Of a stretch of DNA of 64,000 nt, positions 49,201 through 58,539 are shown in pieces. Each line of letters opens with the position of its first letter. The stretch's first letter is position 1. Location of the stretch: positions 2,336,001 through 2,400,000 of the forward strand of contig OZ242351.1 in the NCBI GenBank assembly GCA_965208675.1, in the 5' to 3' direction. A model generated the notes under the pieces. That model saw only the letters and a list, made by a program, of their open reading frames with translations, searched no databases and was not told the DNA's origin. A program made the translations under genes and the position numbers. Origin of the DNA: Candidatus Poribacteria bacterium. GTDB taxonomy: Bacteria; Poribacteria; WGA-4E; PCPOR2b.

Positions 49201-51970
49201 AAATTGCTTTTGCGTCCTTCACCTTTTCGCCCGCTCGGTCGAGAGCCACAAGTGCTTCCTCAAGAAGACCGTGCCGAATCAACAACGCCGCCAGTTTCAT
49301 TTCTGCTTCAAGCGTTTGATTTCGAGCGTGCAGCAGCTTGGTCCACACCTGAATCGCCTCCTGCTCCCGACCTAGATCGAACAACAGTTCCCCCAGACGC
49401 TGCTGGTGGAATGGATCGGGTTGCACTTTGACCAGACGCTGCAGATACGTCAGTGCATCCTGTGTATCGCCTAGACTGCGGTTAATTTCGACCAGTTGCT
49501 CCAGAAGATTCGGATTCTCGCGCTCCCGGTCTAAACCCTGCGCCAATTGGAATCGTGCACTCAGTAGGTCGCCTTCCATCTGATAGACCTCCGCTAACGC
49601 CAAGGCAGGGGCAATGTTGGACGAATTCGCTTTTGACATCTGCTTTAGCTTGTCTTCAAACTCCTCGCTCCGTCCCAAGTCATAATACGTATCGGAGAGT
49701 GGTTTTACGAAGGTGAGCTTGTCACTCACACCGTCGCTCAACTCCCAGCACCGCCAATATTGTTCGATTGCCTGTCTAGGATTGCCTGAAAGTTTGTAGA
49801 TTTCCGCCAGCTCCTCGCGAATGTCGGTTGCTTCCGGACGAAGGCGTATTGCTTGTTTGAGACTGTCGAAGGAGGTTTCATAATTCCCAATCTGTTTGGC
49901 GATTTCCGCCAACATTTGATGTCCTTCGGGGTTGCGCGGACTATGTGCAACCGCTTGCTTCGCCGCTGCTGTCGCCGCATCAAATTCCATCGCGTCGAGA
50001 TAGGATTTCGCAATCTTTGCATAGTGTTCCCGGGCGTTTACACTGTCGATCTCAACGAGGCGTTTGTAAACTGAAACCGCTTCATCTCGGAGGCCCTGCT
50101 GGATATAGATTTCGGAAAGCCACCGGTTGACCTGCACATCATCTGGCTTGATGTCATGCGCCTGAATCAGAGATTCCAGTGCATTCGTTACGTTCCCTAG
50201 TTTAACGTACATCTTGGCAAGCTGTTTCTGCTGGTCGAAAGATTCGGGTTCGGCTTCCAACTCGTCAATTTTCCCCGCAAGCGTACCCTGCAGACGATAA
50301 ATTTCAATTTGTTGCCCACCCATCTGCTCTGCAAAAAATTCGTTGGGTGCAAGTTTTGACGCTTCTGCGTATTCTGTTAATGCCTCTTCGTACGCCTTGT
50401 TTTCCATCAACCGCCGCGCCAACGCCTCACGGTATCGGTATTCTCCGGGCGCGAGTTCCACCGACTTGCGGCTCGCATTCATCGCTTCGGATTGAAATTC
50501 CTTCGCATCGAGTAACTGCGCAAGCCTATCAAAATTCTCAGCGATTGCCCGGTCTCCGGCAACCATCCGATTCCAGGTTTCTACAGCCTTCTCACGGGTT
50601 CCCTGACGGAAGTAGAATTCACCAAAATATTCAATGTAATCGAGACTCTCCCGTGCAAGTGCAATCGCCTTTTCATATGCTGCGACCGCATCGTCTAGCC
50701 ATTCGTGTCCGGCGTAAATCTCCGCGAGAATAAGGTGCGTCCCTGCGTTCGTCGGATCGCGGTCAATCATCCGCTGATACGCACCCTTCGCCCGCACTTC
50801 GTCTTCAAGCTGCAAATACAACTCTCCAAGTTCGCGGTAAATTCCAAAATCGTCAGGCTGTTCTTCACTGAGGATTTCATACTCCGCCGCCGCGTCCTCC
50901 AATCTCTGCGCGGCGCGAAATGCAGCGATGAGATTTAAGCGTAAACCGGCATCCGTCGGGGCGAGATCCAACGCCTTTCGATATGAGGCAATTCCGTCGT
51001 CAAGTTGTTGGTTCTCAATATACGCCGAAGCCAGTAGGCCGATGAGTTCGGGGGCATTCGGCGTCACTTTGAGTTTGTCTTGATAATACGCGATTAATCC
51101 TTCCCAATCCCCGTCGGCGGCGTAGATGCCGATGATACGATGCTGAATGTCTTTCCGCAGCCAATTCCCCTGTCCTGTCAATGCAAGCGCAGCGTCATAG
51201 CTTTGGATGGCACTAGCATAATCCCCCTTCTCTTCCTGTATCTTCCCAATTTCACGGCGACTCAAACACACTCGGTAAGGGTCATCTGATTTGAGCTGAA
51301 TTATTGCTTCGTGTTGTTCAATGGCTTGCTCATAGAGTTCTTGTTCGCGGAACAGGTCGGCGAGTTCGATGCGGGCGAATATGTTCTCCGGTTCAAGTTC
51401 AGAGATTTGCCCCCACGCCAAAATCGCGTCGTCCACACGGTCTCTGCTGAAATAGGCGCGTCCAAGGGTTTTATAGAGTGCAGTCAGGTCATCTAGCGTA
51501 GCCGACTTGGTTGCAATTGCGTAGTCAGCCGATTGCGTCAATGCGGCAATTGCCTTCTCGTATTGGCGCAGCGCGGCATACGTTTGTCCAAGTGCAAAGT
51601 GGGGATAGTAGTTGTTCGGGGCAAGTTCAACAGCGCGTTGATACGCTGAAACGGACTCATTGTCCTTACCGAGCCGTTTGTAGATGTGTCCTAGAATCAA
51701 CTGAAGGTTGGGATTGTTCGGGTTGGCTAGTGATGCTGTTTGATAATCGGCGACCATGGCGTCCAAGCCGGCGTCTTCGAGGTAGAATTGGTACAAGCGG
51801 TCGAAGGTGCTTCCCGCTTTCGGCTTACGCTCAAGCATCTGCTTGTAGCGGGCAATGACTTTATCGTCGTTAGTCTCATCTTGGGCAATGGTGCGTGATG
51901 AGGGAAACAAGGCGCAGCAAACGAAATACAATATGCACGGGACACTACGGCAAAATCTTGGGACAAACAT
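43298..51970 (-). CDS. Giant exported TPR-repeat protein with a C-terminal TlpA/redoxin domain (CxxS)
   Basis: 2890-aa ORF, signal-like N-terminus, dozens of A...Y.+A..L.P TPR units, C-terminal GKVVLLNFWATWCPPS...LPSTFLINRDG. Confidence 0.9.
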   Translation of the reverse strand: MFVPRFCRSVPCILYFVCCALFPSSRTIAQDETNDDKVIARYKQMLERKPKAGSTFDRLYQFYLEDAGLDAMVADYQTASLANPNNPNLQLILGHIYKRLGKDNESVSAYQRAVELAPNNYYPHFALGQTYAALRQYEKAIAALTQSADYAIATKSATLDDLTALYKTLGRAYFSRDRVDDAILAWGQISELEPENIFARIELADLFREQELYEQAIEQHEAIIQLKSDDPYRVCLSRREIGKIQEEKGDYASAIQSYDAALALTGQGNWLRKDIQHRIIGIYAADGDWEGLIAYYQDKLKVTPNAPELIGLLASAYIENQQLDDGIASYRKALDLAPTDAGLRLNLIAAFRAAQRLEDAAAEYEILSEEQPDDFGIYRELGELYLQLEDEVRAKGAYQRMIDRDPTNAGTHLILAEIYAGHEWLDDAVAAYEKAIALARESLDYIEYFGEFYFRQGTREKAVETWNRMVAGDRAIAENFDRLAQLLDAKEFQSEAMNASRKSVELAPGEYRYREALARRLMENKAYEEALTEYAEASKLAPNEFFAEQMGGQQIEIYRLQGTLAGKIDELEAEPESFDQQKQLAKMYVKLGNVTNALESLIQAHDIKPDDVQVNRWLSEIYIQQGLRDEAVSVYKRLVEIDSVNAREHYAKIAKSYLDAMEFDAATAAAKQAVAHSPRNPEGHQMLAEIAKQIGNYETSFDSLKQAIRLRPEATDIREELAEIYKLSGNPRQAIEQYWRCWELSDGVSDKLTFVKPLSDTYYDLGRSEEFEDKLKQMSKANSSNIAPALALAEVYQMEGDLLSARFQLAQGLDRERENPNLLEQLVEINRSLGDTQDALTYLQRLVKVQPDPFHQQRLGELLFDLGREQEAIQVWTKLLHARNQTLEAEMKLAALLIRHGLLEEALVALDRAGEKVKDAKAIYQVGSALVEMNELDRARPHFLRLLKMPKPQANVTQTAKARSTAHRYGPPGINLRRFSRVEELVWRIRDQAYGGHSGQKWLPNSFEEAQAGALVQLTTIAQQQGKLDELIQQFEADAQANPKDIQTLEMLAQLYTLTKDTDKVVEVTERLIGASPNDQVYQALRLYHSIQQDSKPENYKKRLDEIKGLSHDARLWFTATFVGMLYNQGRKAEAERVADTLETANVTDVNTGSELVSMFARLGRVEAAENLLAQLQIPASPAPSAPSQMVFGQSFAQQQWWRYVRIYQSLANAYVREGDTDKGIELFWRFFDRTKPNVTNARKVVTLAYSSQSYSGYTPIQSSYPSPTTYYDQTRLQYLQQIFSEFWMRDQQEMFFANLQSKLDAAKGGDRVFPGLALSYCYWWGGNRDKSQEFLSALQKEFPEDLTLKINTVFASIQTGQHATALELLDALAGADPRNRRQYYDLSLQLAAHTGNTVKVRELMTKVLNSPVGVRELYKFSQKLQQTGLTQYAIVVAKKVMTLAMGQRDPNFLMELSSHLEDLGRGQDATLMAERALRFANQRDRYGHTLHSWSFQQAAHLVSRSRTVRKQEPQLVEAAEKNPDSFQAQVRLASYYESTNQVKKASAAFDAALALRPKDSMTRQRYAQMLQRSGHAADAVTQYTALLKHNPNALGYDYWEMVETFFQAGKVDELVSMAKDMIAPSVGGTHVNYFAQNVAEQCLQNNHAQAAVQIYEKMYEILPDEHGTYTNLASAYAAAGEREKAIDFLREKLRTDSTKISQNSYQQVGIVSKLTELYKASGNIQSLLEEYEAKLAEKPSDPSLLYLVASMKIAAHDLDGSDPLVAQLLDDEVVSVDAQRIGSLADAYRGAGDRTRELRLLKSAAENLDSQNTWELSEIFQKLGAAYAHNGEKEHAQDAFRKMGMVRLMMFGGSGGGYWQKQEIASVYMQHEMWEDAEATYTEVVNDLSADQWAREQAQQRLMEVKSRKGGLQTTTRLPEKLEEMAGTNLGMQRMLAQQYMHQNELTKAVEIYEKISEVMPEDLESRAQLATIYSRQKKHEMAISTWQALLAADPENTKYQDGIVNSLREAGRLPEALDLAQKYIEGEADSGVHYIRLARVYAAENSIDDAIEAFKQAIEFGPGDGQAYRELAQLYLRKNDLDSAEKAFEDAIQYTGREWERRDIERQIMGVYRRQGKLDEMLQKAEEEGTLTFEMQQERARRFRQDGKLEEAVGALKKALDMTSQSWERNQVSSELVQVYVQLEEHDQALELYETLSRSSAMGGMSISHSSSGFKIQFGGDEARETLIRAYTSQGKLEQLMNRFEKRMETEADNPAVVEMLAEIHRNKNDFKQAAEMYQTLCEIQPGNVRSHYYAAAAYNKSDQPQLAKDLLNQGEIALSASNRNQDMWFLAAVGSICLDGEMYDEAIKLVEDAIAAIRWHSPWDKERLYDMLGRSYVGAKRFKEAVHAYQQMANVAQDDGQRKVAEASIQRTYKEGDMYDELIAERTQAVADSPDDPDTHFALAQSYEWNEMPDEAISAYERASELNPDSTVIMAPLANLYVTAGPEKAKNMYKRLIELADTGRDRAHRRRALIDLHTRSGEYDAAIAELLIASRSVENEWERQTLLPLLWNVYKSQGRSTEGVATLEMLATELPDSPTPHEVLGDAYKEIGNPDKSDAAYAQWVARRQGLLDKMQDWRGRNWGYGELVSKLLAKQALPGKAIELAELTLQLEASPKNKTILGKAYVLNREPEKVKELIQSSTNRQLRHGLVLLLSGYYKRLGKIDVDVVSMLRTDAKHATSPTEKNAALKGLWDLYEAAAQKSQANIVGNPVSSIMFYSLNGEGIALSDFNGKVVLLNFWATWCPPSVRGIPELLALQEQHEPEGLVVVGVSVDREGEDVVKSFVEEHGVAYPNLMVGEDSAAQLGGLASLPSTFLINRDGIVVKQYKGFTDQSVFMEDIKTILAE

Positions 51971-52198
51971 GAAGAATCCTCCTTGAGAGCGTGGACACGG
52001 TTGGAAGACGGCACAAAACGTCCTAAAGTGTTTAGACGTGAAATGAGAAAGTTGCGTTTAATTGGCTAAGTTGTTTCCCAAACGTCAAACCCTCAAACAT
52101 AGCCGCCGTGTGTGATGCGCTCGACCGAAAAAGTGTGGCTTGTCTCTTTCGCAGAATTCCGCGTAGACTGTTGCCAAATTGATTCGGTGGATATGGAA

Positions 52199-54061
52199 TC
52201 ATCGCGTAGCCTGTTCCATAATGTCCGTCATCCGGGCGACAAAGTCAGTCGGAGTTTCCATATTTCCATCAATCAACAATGCTCCTTCATAAAGTTGCAA
52301 AGCGCAGCTTTTGAGAATTGCCTCGTCGCTTTTGCTCCGGTGGAGCTGCGCCAGATTTTTAATCAATGGATGCGTGGGGTTAATCTCCAAGATTTTCTTG
52401 GATTCGCCGATCTGCCCACCCATCATTTTCATCATCCGTTCCATCTGCCTGTCCATACCGCTCGCGCCAACAACCAGGGTCGCCGCCGAATCAACCAGCC
52501 TTTTAGATGCAACAACATCCTCCACCTTATCGCCAAGCAGTTCATTGAAAAAAGAAATCAGCGATTTTATATCATCTTCGGACAGAGTATCGTTAGGGCT
52601 ATCCGCGTCAGGTTTAAAATCTATGTCCGCCTTTTCGATGCTCTTCAGCGGCTTACCGTCATACTCGTGAAGATGCGGGATGTTGAAGACATCGGCTGCA
52701 TCAACGAAAAACAGTACTTCGATGTCCTTTTTTCTAAAGTATTCCAAACTAGGGTTTCGTTCAACTGCATCTCTGTTATCGCCTGACAGGTAATAAATCT
52801 CATTCTGATCCTCCGGCATACCGTCAACATATTCCTTTAAAGAAGTGAACTCCCCTTTTTCGGCCTTGGAGGACTCGAACCGTAAGAGATTTATCAATCG
52901 GTCTCTGTTGGCGAAATCAGAACCGGCTCCTGTCTTAAAGAGCAGTCCAAAGTTCTTAAAAAACTTCTCATATTTCTCTGATTCATTTTCTGCCCAGTCT
53001 TCTAAAAGCGAGAGAATCCTACCCGTTATCACGTCCTTAATTTTGGCCATGACCGGACTGGATTGTGTCACTTCGCGGGACACATTTAAGGGTAAATCTT
53101 CCGTATCAACAACGCCCGACACAAAATGGAGGTATTCAGGAAGCAATTCTTTACAATCGTCTTGGATAAAGATTCTACTGGAATACAAATGCAGCGACCT
53201 CAAATCTTCCACTCTAAAATAGTTTAGCGGCGGCGTGTCAGGAAAAAAGATTAAAGCTTTGAAATTTACACGTCCTTCAATTGATAGGTGCAGATGGTCA
53301 AGCGGCGGATTATAGTCGTTGGAAATGAACTTATAAAACTCAATTCGTTCTTCTTCTGTTATTTCATTCTTGTTCTTATGCCACAACGCACTTATGGTAT
53401 TCACTTCCTCCCCGCCGACATAGATGGGGAAGTCGGCAAAGTTGGAGTATTTCTTGATGACGTCTTTAACCCGATTGTCATCGCTGAAATCCTTAGCGTC
53501 GTCTTTCAATTTGAAGAAAATTTTCGTCCCTCTCTCTTCGAGCGGGATTTCTTCAATGGTAAATTTGCCTTCGCCAGTAGATTCCCACTGGTACCCAATT
53601 GAGTTTGCATCGGCATGGCGAGTTTGAATCGTCACCTTATCCGTGACCATGAATACCGAATAAAAACCGATGCCGAACTCACCTATCATATTGCCGTCGA
53701 ACGGTTTGTTCTCAGTCTTCAATCTCTGAAAAAACTCTAACGTTCCTGAACTTGCTATGGTGCCGATTCTGTCAATTAAATCAGACTTTGTCATACCGAC
53801 GCCCGAATCCGTTATGGAAAACGTCTGTTCCTCGGCGTCAAGCGCAATGTTAATCCGCAGCGGAAGGTCAGGGTTCAAAACATTGCGGTCCGTCAATTGT
53901 TGGAAACGCACTTTGTTCAAGGCATCGGAAGCGTTGGAAATCAGCTCGCGAAGAAATACTTCGGGATGCGTGTAAAGTGAGTGTACAATTAGATGAAGGA
54001 GCTGTTTCATCTCAGCCTTATATTCAAACTCTTGGGTAGGTTCAGTGTCAATGTTAGACAT
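52199..54061 (-). CDS. htpG: Chaperone HtpG (Hsp90)
   Basis: VFLRELISNASDAL, DSGVGMT, GTIASSGT, IGEFGIGFYSVF, DLPLNVSRE, LEINP.HPLI. Confidence 0.97.
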   Translation of the reverse strand: MSNIDTEPTQEFEYKAEMKQLLHLIVHSLYTHPEVFLRELISNASDALNKVRFQQLTDRNVLNPDLPLRINIALDAEEQTFSITDSGVGMTKSDLIDRIGTIASSGTLEFFQRLKTENKPFDGNMIGEFGIGFYSVFMVTDKVTIQTRHADANSIGYQWESTGEGKFTIEEIPLEERGTKIFFKLKDDAKDFSDDNRVKDVIKKYSNFADFPIYVGGEEVNTISALWHKNKNEITEEERIEFYKFISNDYNPPLDHLHLSIEGRVNFKALIFFPDTPPLNYFRVEDLRSLHLYSSRIFIQDDCKELLPEYLHFVSGVVDTEDLPLNVSREVTQSSPVMAKIKDVITGRILSLLEDWAENESEKYEKFFKNFGLLFKTGAGSDFANRDRLINLLRFESSKAEKGEFTSLKEYVDGMPEDQNEIYYLSGDNRDAVERNPSLEYFRKKDIEVLFFVDAADVFNIPHLHEYDGKPLKSIEKADIDFKPDADSPNDTLSEDDIKSLISFFNELLGDKVEDVVASKRLVDSAATLVVGASGMDRQMERMMKMMGGQIGESKKILEINPTHPLIKNLAQLHRSKSDEAILKSCALQLYEGALLIDGNMETPTDFVARMTDIMEQATR

Positions 54062-54238
54062 GATTCTAAATTCTCCTCTTAATTGGGCAAACCTCGCCGA
54101 AATCTCCCTTAAATATTTGCTGTGACATGATGTGCTGATTCTTTAAACCGTGCTGTATGGAATGGGAAACCAATATTTAACCTACATTTTTATCCTTGTC
54201 CTAATAGCTGGAAATCCGAATTTAATTTTGTTCGGTCC

Positions 54239-55078
54239 TCAGAACCGCAATTCGCCTGTGATAAAGTCTGACGCGAAATGACTTTCATAAATGCGCGCGT
54301 AGTCAACCTTTAATTGTCTCCAATCGAACCCAAGCCCGATCGTCCAATCTTGATCTGACAATCCTCCACGCACTCGTAGAAATGAAACCGCTCTGTATTC
54401 AACCCCAAAGTAGAGTTCCGCTTGGCGTAGGGACAACCTTGGCAACGCGGTATCCCAAGCTAACAGCAATTGCCGCCAGCGATATGCTACTCCGAGCGTC
54501 AACCATTGAATGCCAGACCGGTTCGGCAAATTTTGTGCGAGGAGTCCAAATTTCAGATTGGTGTAGGGTTTAATTAGCAGGGCAATATCGTAGGAGGGGT
54601 GGGTGCCGAAGAATTGATAACGCCAACTTGGGTGTTTGCGTTTGAATTTGATACTGGTGCCAACCGCGCCGTAGGCAGTAAATTGACGGGCAAATGCGTA
54701 GTAGTTAAAATCGGGCGTTCCCGACTCAACTCCCAATGCAATCTTGTTCCCCCAGAACAACCCATACCCGCGATAGGTGTAACCAATTCCTTTTGGATCG
54801 AAGGCATAGTCGTTTCGGTCGTTTAATTTGTTGGCACCGAAGATTTTTACGCCTTGCCCCTGAATCAATCCGGCAGGATTCCAAAAACCCGCTGTTGCGC
54901 CGTCAGCGATTGCCGTGAAGGCGTTACCCATTCCCAATGCTCTCGCGCCGATGTACAGCGGGCGCGCGGTTTCAAATGGAAAATCCGCCAAGGATATAAG
55001 TGAGTAAACAAGAAACACAACGACGGTCGCCGATACGTATCGCATCCAATCTGAGATAAAGTGTTTCCTTTTCCTCAA
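54239..55078 (-). CDS. Outer-membrane beta-barrel, PorV/PorQ/UPF0164-like
   Basis: IGARALGMGNAFTAIADGATAGFWNPAGL N-terminal motif; amphipathic strands; LRVRGG, VDYA, terminal Phe. Confidence 0.75.
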   Translation of the reverse strand: MRKRKHFISDWMRYVSATVVVFLVYSLISLADFPFETARPLYIGARALGMGNAFTAIADGATAGFWNPAGLIQGQGVKIFGANKLNDRNDYAFDPKGIGYTYRGYGLFWGNKIALGVESGTPDFNYYAFARQFTAYGAVGTSIKFKRKHPSWRYQFFGTHPSYDIALLIKPYTNLKFGLLAQNLPNRSGIQWLTLGVAYRWRQLLLAWDTALPRLSLRQAELYFGVEYRAVSFLRVRGGLSDQDWTIGLGFDWRQLKVDYARIYESHFASDFITGELRF

Positions 55079-55095
55079 TTCCCACTTGAGAATGC

Positions 55096-56034
55096 TTAAT
55101 CCTCAATTTTGAACCGATACGGAATTATTATACGAATTGCGACCGGTTTACCGTCTTTTTGAGCCGGCGTAAATCGTGACCGTTTCAGCGCCTCAATTGC
55201 TTCTTCATCGCATCCATAGCCCATTCCTTCGAGAACCTCAATATCGCTTGCTTTGCCGTCAATTCCAATCGTCGCTTTTAACTTCACAACCCCTTCTTTT
55301 CCGGCATTCCGAGCACGTTCCGGGTACTTCGGCTTCGGTTTATGCAGGGCTTTAGGGGGTATGGTGTTTTCCGTTATGTCCACGACTGGCACGTCGACTG
55401 GGTCTTCTAGCTCAAGATCGGCACCGGGAATATCTGCCTCAAACGTGTCAAAAATTTCTGGTCTTTCTGCCCTCTTGGGGGCAATCGTCGGCATATTAGG
55501 TGTAATGCTTGGGCGATTCCCAGCGGCTATTGGCGGTCTTTCAATCGTCGGTATTTCTGGGGGTGCACCAGATGAGCCAATATCAATATTGTCTGAAGGA
55601 ATAGTAATGCCGCCGCGGCCGGACGGAATGTCCACCGGCCTTACTGGCTGACGGGGTTGGATCGTCTCAACTCGCTGAATATCGGGTTCAGGTTTCTGGG
55701 CTACACGCTCGCGTAGACGTCGTTTCTTTAGGGTATCCTGCGCCTCATACATTTCCGCTACCACTGCATCATCATCGTTAATCACTACATTTTTGGCAAT
55801 GTGAAATGCGACGAACAGCAGTATGAGCAAGTGAAAAGCAAGTGATACAATCCATGCAAGAGATTTAGACCTGCGCCCCTCCTTTCTCTTTCGCCGTTCT
55901 AAAATCGGCTCAACCGCAGGAATTGGGCGTTTACGTTCATGTTCTAGCGAATTCGACTTCGATTGAAATTCCTCGGTGTTTTCTACATTACCGTTGGACA
56001 TGGCACGAAAATCTCCTCTCTGTTGCACGCTCAT
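55096..56034 (-). CDS. tonB: Energy transducer TonB
   Basis: TM with SLAFH, Pro-rich linker, PKYPERARNAGKEGVV.L...IG.DG, C-terminal FTPA.KDGKPV. Confidence 0.9.
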   Translation of the reverse strand: MSVQQRGDFRAMSNGNVENTEEFQSKSNSLEHERKRPIPAVEPILERRKRKEGRRSKSLAWIVSLAFHLLILLFVAFHIAKNVVINDDDAVVAEMYEAQDTLKKRRLRERVAQKPEPDIQRVETIQPRQPVRPVDIPSGRGGITIPSDNIDIGSSGAPPEIPTIERPPIAAGNRPSITPNMPTIAPKRAERPEIFDTFEADIPGADLELEDPVDVPVVDITENTIPPKALHKPKPKYPERARNAGKEGVVKLKATIGIDGKASDIEVLEGMGYGCDEEAIEALKRSRFTPAQKDGKPVAIRIIIPYRFKIED

Positions 56035-56670
56035 TAAAATGTCGACTGAACTGAAGTGCTATTCTACTGAATATAGTCGGGAAGTAGGAAATAGGATAAA
56101 TTCAAGAAAAGGGTTGGTAGTCTTTGTCGATCAAGATTTCCGATTCTGAATTGATTAAAGCCGTTGTCAGTCTCTGTTTTTGTAAACGAAATCCGCAGAG
56201 GTTAGTTTAGTTGGCTTTAAGCATTCCTACACGACAGCGTGACCTTTTACCTTGGCAACGCTACACTTATGTTTTAACTCAAACGGACCGGAATTGTCGA
56301 TGGTGTCGTTTTGAGGCGGCAGTCAAACTCACACTCTTGCCTGACATTAACAATAAGCCGCGGTACAAGAACCCAAATGATTCTGGATGCCATTAATGCT
56401 GTTCTTAAGAAAGATAGTTGTGACGGCTGGAAACGGACTCCCTAAATCCGTAAGACGAGAACGGGAAAACTCTATATTACACCGCTACCATATTTGGTGT
56501 CGCATAGCCACCATATAATGTACCAGATAATATCGCCAATTTCAACTAAAAATGTGGGCAGATGTGTGAAGCATAAGTAATTCCACTGGTATAAGGACAT
56601 AGCTCGCGCGTTCCGCCGCTCCGAAGTATCGGCTGGTGCAATAAAGAATGCAGGCAAGAGGTTTTTCTAG

Positions 56671-57753
56671 TTATCGTTCTCTTTGTCCCGCAACAAATTC
56701 GTTCAACTGCTGAACAGCAAGCGAATCGTCGTCTATCGTGATTGGTGGATGCTTGGTCAACCATGCGGATGCGGCATGGAGTACTCCCGATGTCCCGCGA
56801 TCGAGCGCCAGCTTCATGTATCGAATCATATCAACCATAACGCCGCCAAAGTTTGCGCTGTCTTCTACCTCCAATTTGGCTTCAAAGTGCAGCGGCGCAT
56901 CACCATAGTTGCTGGCATCAATATAGAAAAGCGCCGTTTTGCGGTCCCCCATGAAATCAACGTACGAAAACCCTGTCGAGATTTCTGAGTCTGAAGAAAC
57001 CAGTGTTTCTAGAGCCTCTTGCTTGGTCTTGTGCTTCGACTGTCCACGGTTGACGAGGTTGTAAAAATCAGTATTGCCAGCGTAGTTTACCTGATAGGTA
57101 CGTTTGACGTGGATACCTCTCGCGCGCAATAGTTGAAGCAATGCACGGTGGATAGCTGTGCCGCCAAGCTGGCTCTTCACATCGTCGCCGATTAACGGCA
57201 CACCGTTTTCGGAAGCCGCCCTCTGATAAACCGGATCGCAGACAATTAGTTCTGGCATCCCATTGATAAATCCAATTTTAGCCTCTTTGATGGCGGCGTC
57301 GGCGTAAAATCTCGCCGCTTGCGCGGAAGCGGTCGGAAGGAAGTTCAGCAACATCTCTGCCCCACTATCCCGCAAGATTTGCGCGACATCCGCGGCCGGT
57401 TGGTCGGCAACTTCTACAAAGTCAGACAGCGCAGAACTGATACCATCCATCGGCGGCCCCATGTGCACTTCGACACCGCAGTCAGGGACATCTACACCGG
57501 GATAGTGATAGGCGATATTCGCGCCGGAAAAAATTGCTTGAGATAAGTCTTTTCCAACACGCCGGTCATCAATATCAAAGGCTGCGACTGGCACAATGTC
57601 GGTGACCTTGTAGCCTCCAATATCAACGTTAATGAGTCCCGGCGCATCTGCGCCAAATTTTCGATAATATGCCAGTCCCTGGATAAGGGCGCTCGTGCAG
57701 TTGCCGACACCGACAATCGCTACGCGTATCGGACTTTCCGTCTCCCATGCCAT
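56671..57753 (-). CDS. ino1: myo-Inositol-1-phosphate synthase
   Basis: IRVAIVGVGNC.SALIQG, VAAFDID, GDDVKSQLGGT, QVNYAGNTDF.NL, LEVEDSAN.GG. Confidence 0.9.
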   Translation of the reverse strand: MAWETESPIRVAIVGVGNCTSALIQGLAYYRKFGADAPGLINVDIGGYKVTDIVPVAAFDIDDRRVGKDLSQAIFSGANIAYHYPGVDVPDCGVEVHMGPPMDGISSALSDFVEVADQPAADVAQILRDSGAEMLLNFLPTASAQAARFYADAAIKEAKIGFINGMPELIVCDPVYQRAASENGVPLIGDDVKSQLGGTAIHRALLQLLRARGIHVKRTYQVNYAGNTDFYNLVNRGQSKHKTKQEALETLVSSDSEISTGFSYVDFMGDRKTALFYIDASNYGDAPLHFEAKLEVEDSANFGGVMVDMIRYMKLALDRGTSGVLHAASAWLTKHPPITIDDDSLAVQQLNEFVAGQRER

Positions 57754-57804
57754 GAAGTTCTCCTTTAGAATCTTAATAAACCCTCAACAAACAGGGTTCA
57801 GCCG

Positions 57805-58539
57805 TTATGCTCTACGAATCCATTGCAGTGCAGTTTCTAAAACTTTTTCATTGCTGTATTTTGAGACTATCCGGTGTAAGGCAATCGGCGAAGCATTCGC
57901 TAATTCACAAATCTTCCGAATCAGCAGCGGCAAAGCCCTGACCACGTTGTCCACGATGGTGGCGCTTGATCTGTTTGCCGTCCGAGACATTGGGTTGAGG
58001 TCGACTGAAATGACATCTTTTCCCATTTTCCGCAGTGCTTCACAACGATCGCCGTCTTCAAGCGGAACAAATACGACATCCGCCCGATAAATGCCGTCTG
58101 GGTGGACGTACTTTCGGTTTGAGTCGATAAACGAAAGCTCGGTATCGGGAGAGGGTATCAACACCTGAACGGCTCCGCGATTCAACAAATATTCTTGTAT
58201 CGTCGCTTCCCGCCCTTTAGAGGTGTGAAAGATGTTCACTTCCAAAGGCGCCTTTAGCATCTTTCCTAATGCTATCAATTCATCAGGGACAAGTGCTGCA
58301 GCATTCCCATTTACTGAGACTACAGGGTGCTCGGCGAGCAATAGCATAGCGGCGCTTGTGTGAATAGCCTGTGCAGCGAACTGCTGTGTCTCCTCTCCGA
58401 TAAGATAGTCGAATGCCTCGCCGCGGCCGTGTGCAATCAGACCGTGGATGGAGGTAATGCCGCTCTCCACACCGGCTGTGATATCATCTCGTAATTTCAG
58501 CGATTGATACCGTGGATGGCCTTCTGGAACATCGCTCAT
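57805..58539 (-). CDS. Archaeal-type 4-phosphopantoate--beta-alanine ligase (phosphopantothenate synthetase)
   Basis: HPRYQSL, GLIAHGRGEAFDYLIGE, PVVSVNGNAAAL, EVNIFH, ADVVFVPLEDGDR.EAL..MGK.VI.VDLNPMSRT, IVDNVVRA. Confidence 0.92.
   Translation of the reverse strand: MSDVPEGHPRYQSLKLRDDITAGVESGITSIHGLIAHGRGEAFDYLIGEETQQFAAQAIHTSAAMLLLAEHPVVSVNGNAAALVPDELIALGKMLKAPLEVNIFHTSKGREATIQEYLLNRGAVQVLIPSPDTELSFIDSNRKYVHPDGIYRADVVFVPLEDGDRCEALRKMGKDVISVDLNPMSRTANRSSATIVDNVVRALPLLIRKICELANASPIALHRIVSKYSNEKVLETALQWIRRA

Noticed and set aside
43475-53975. Many short ORFs overlapping the giant TPR gene and htpG
   Set aside because: Antisense or off-frame shadows of long well-supported genes.
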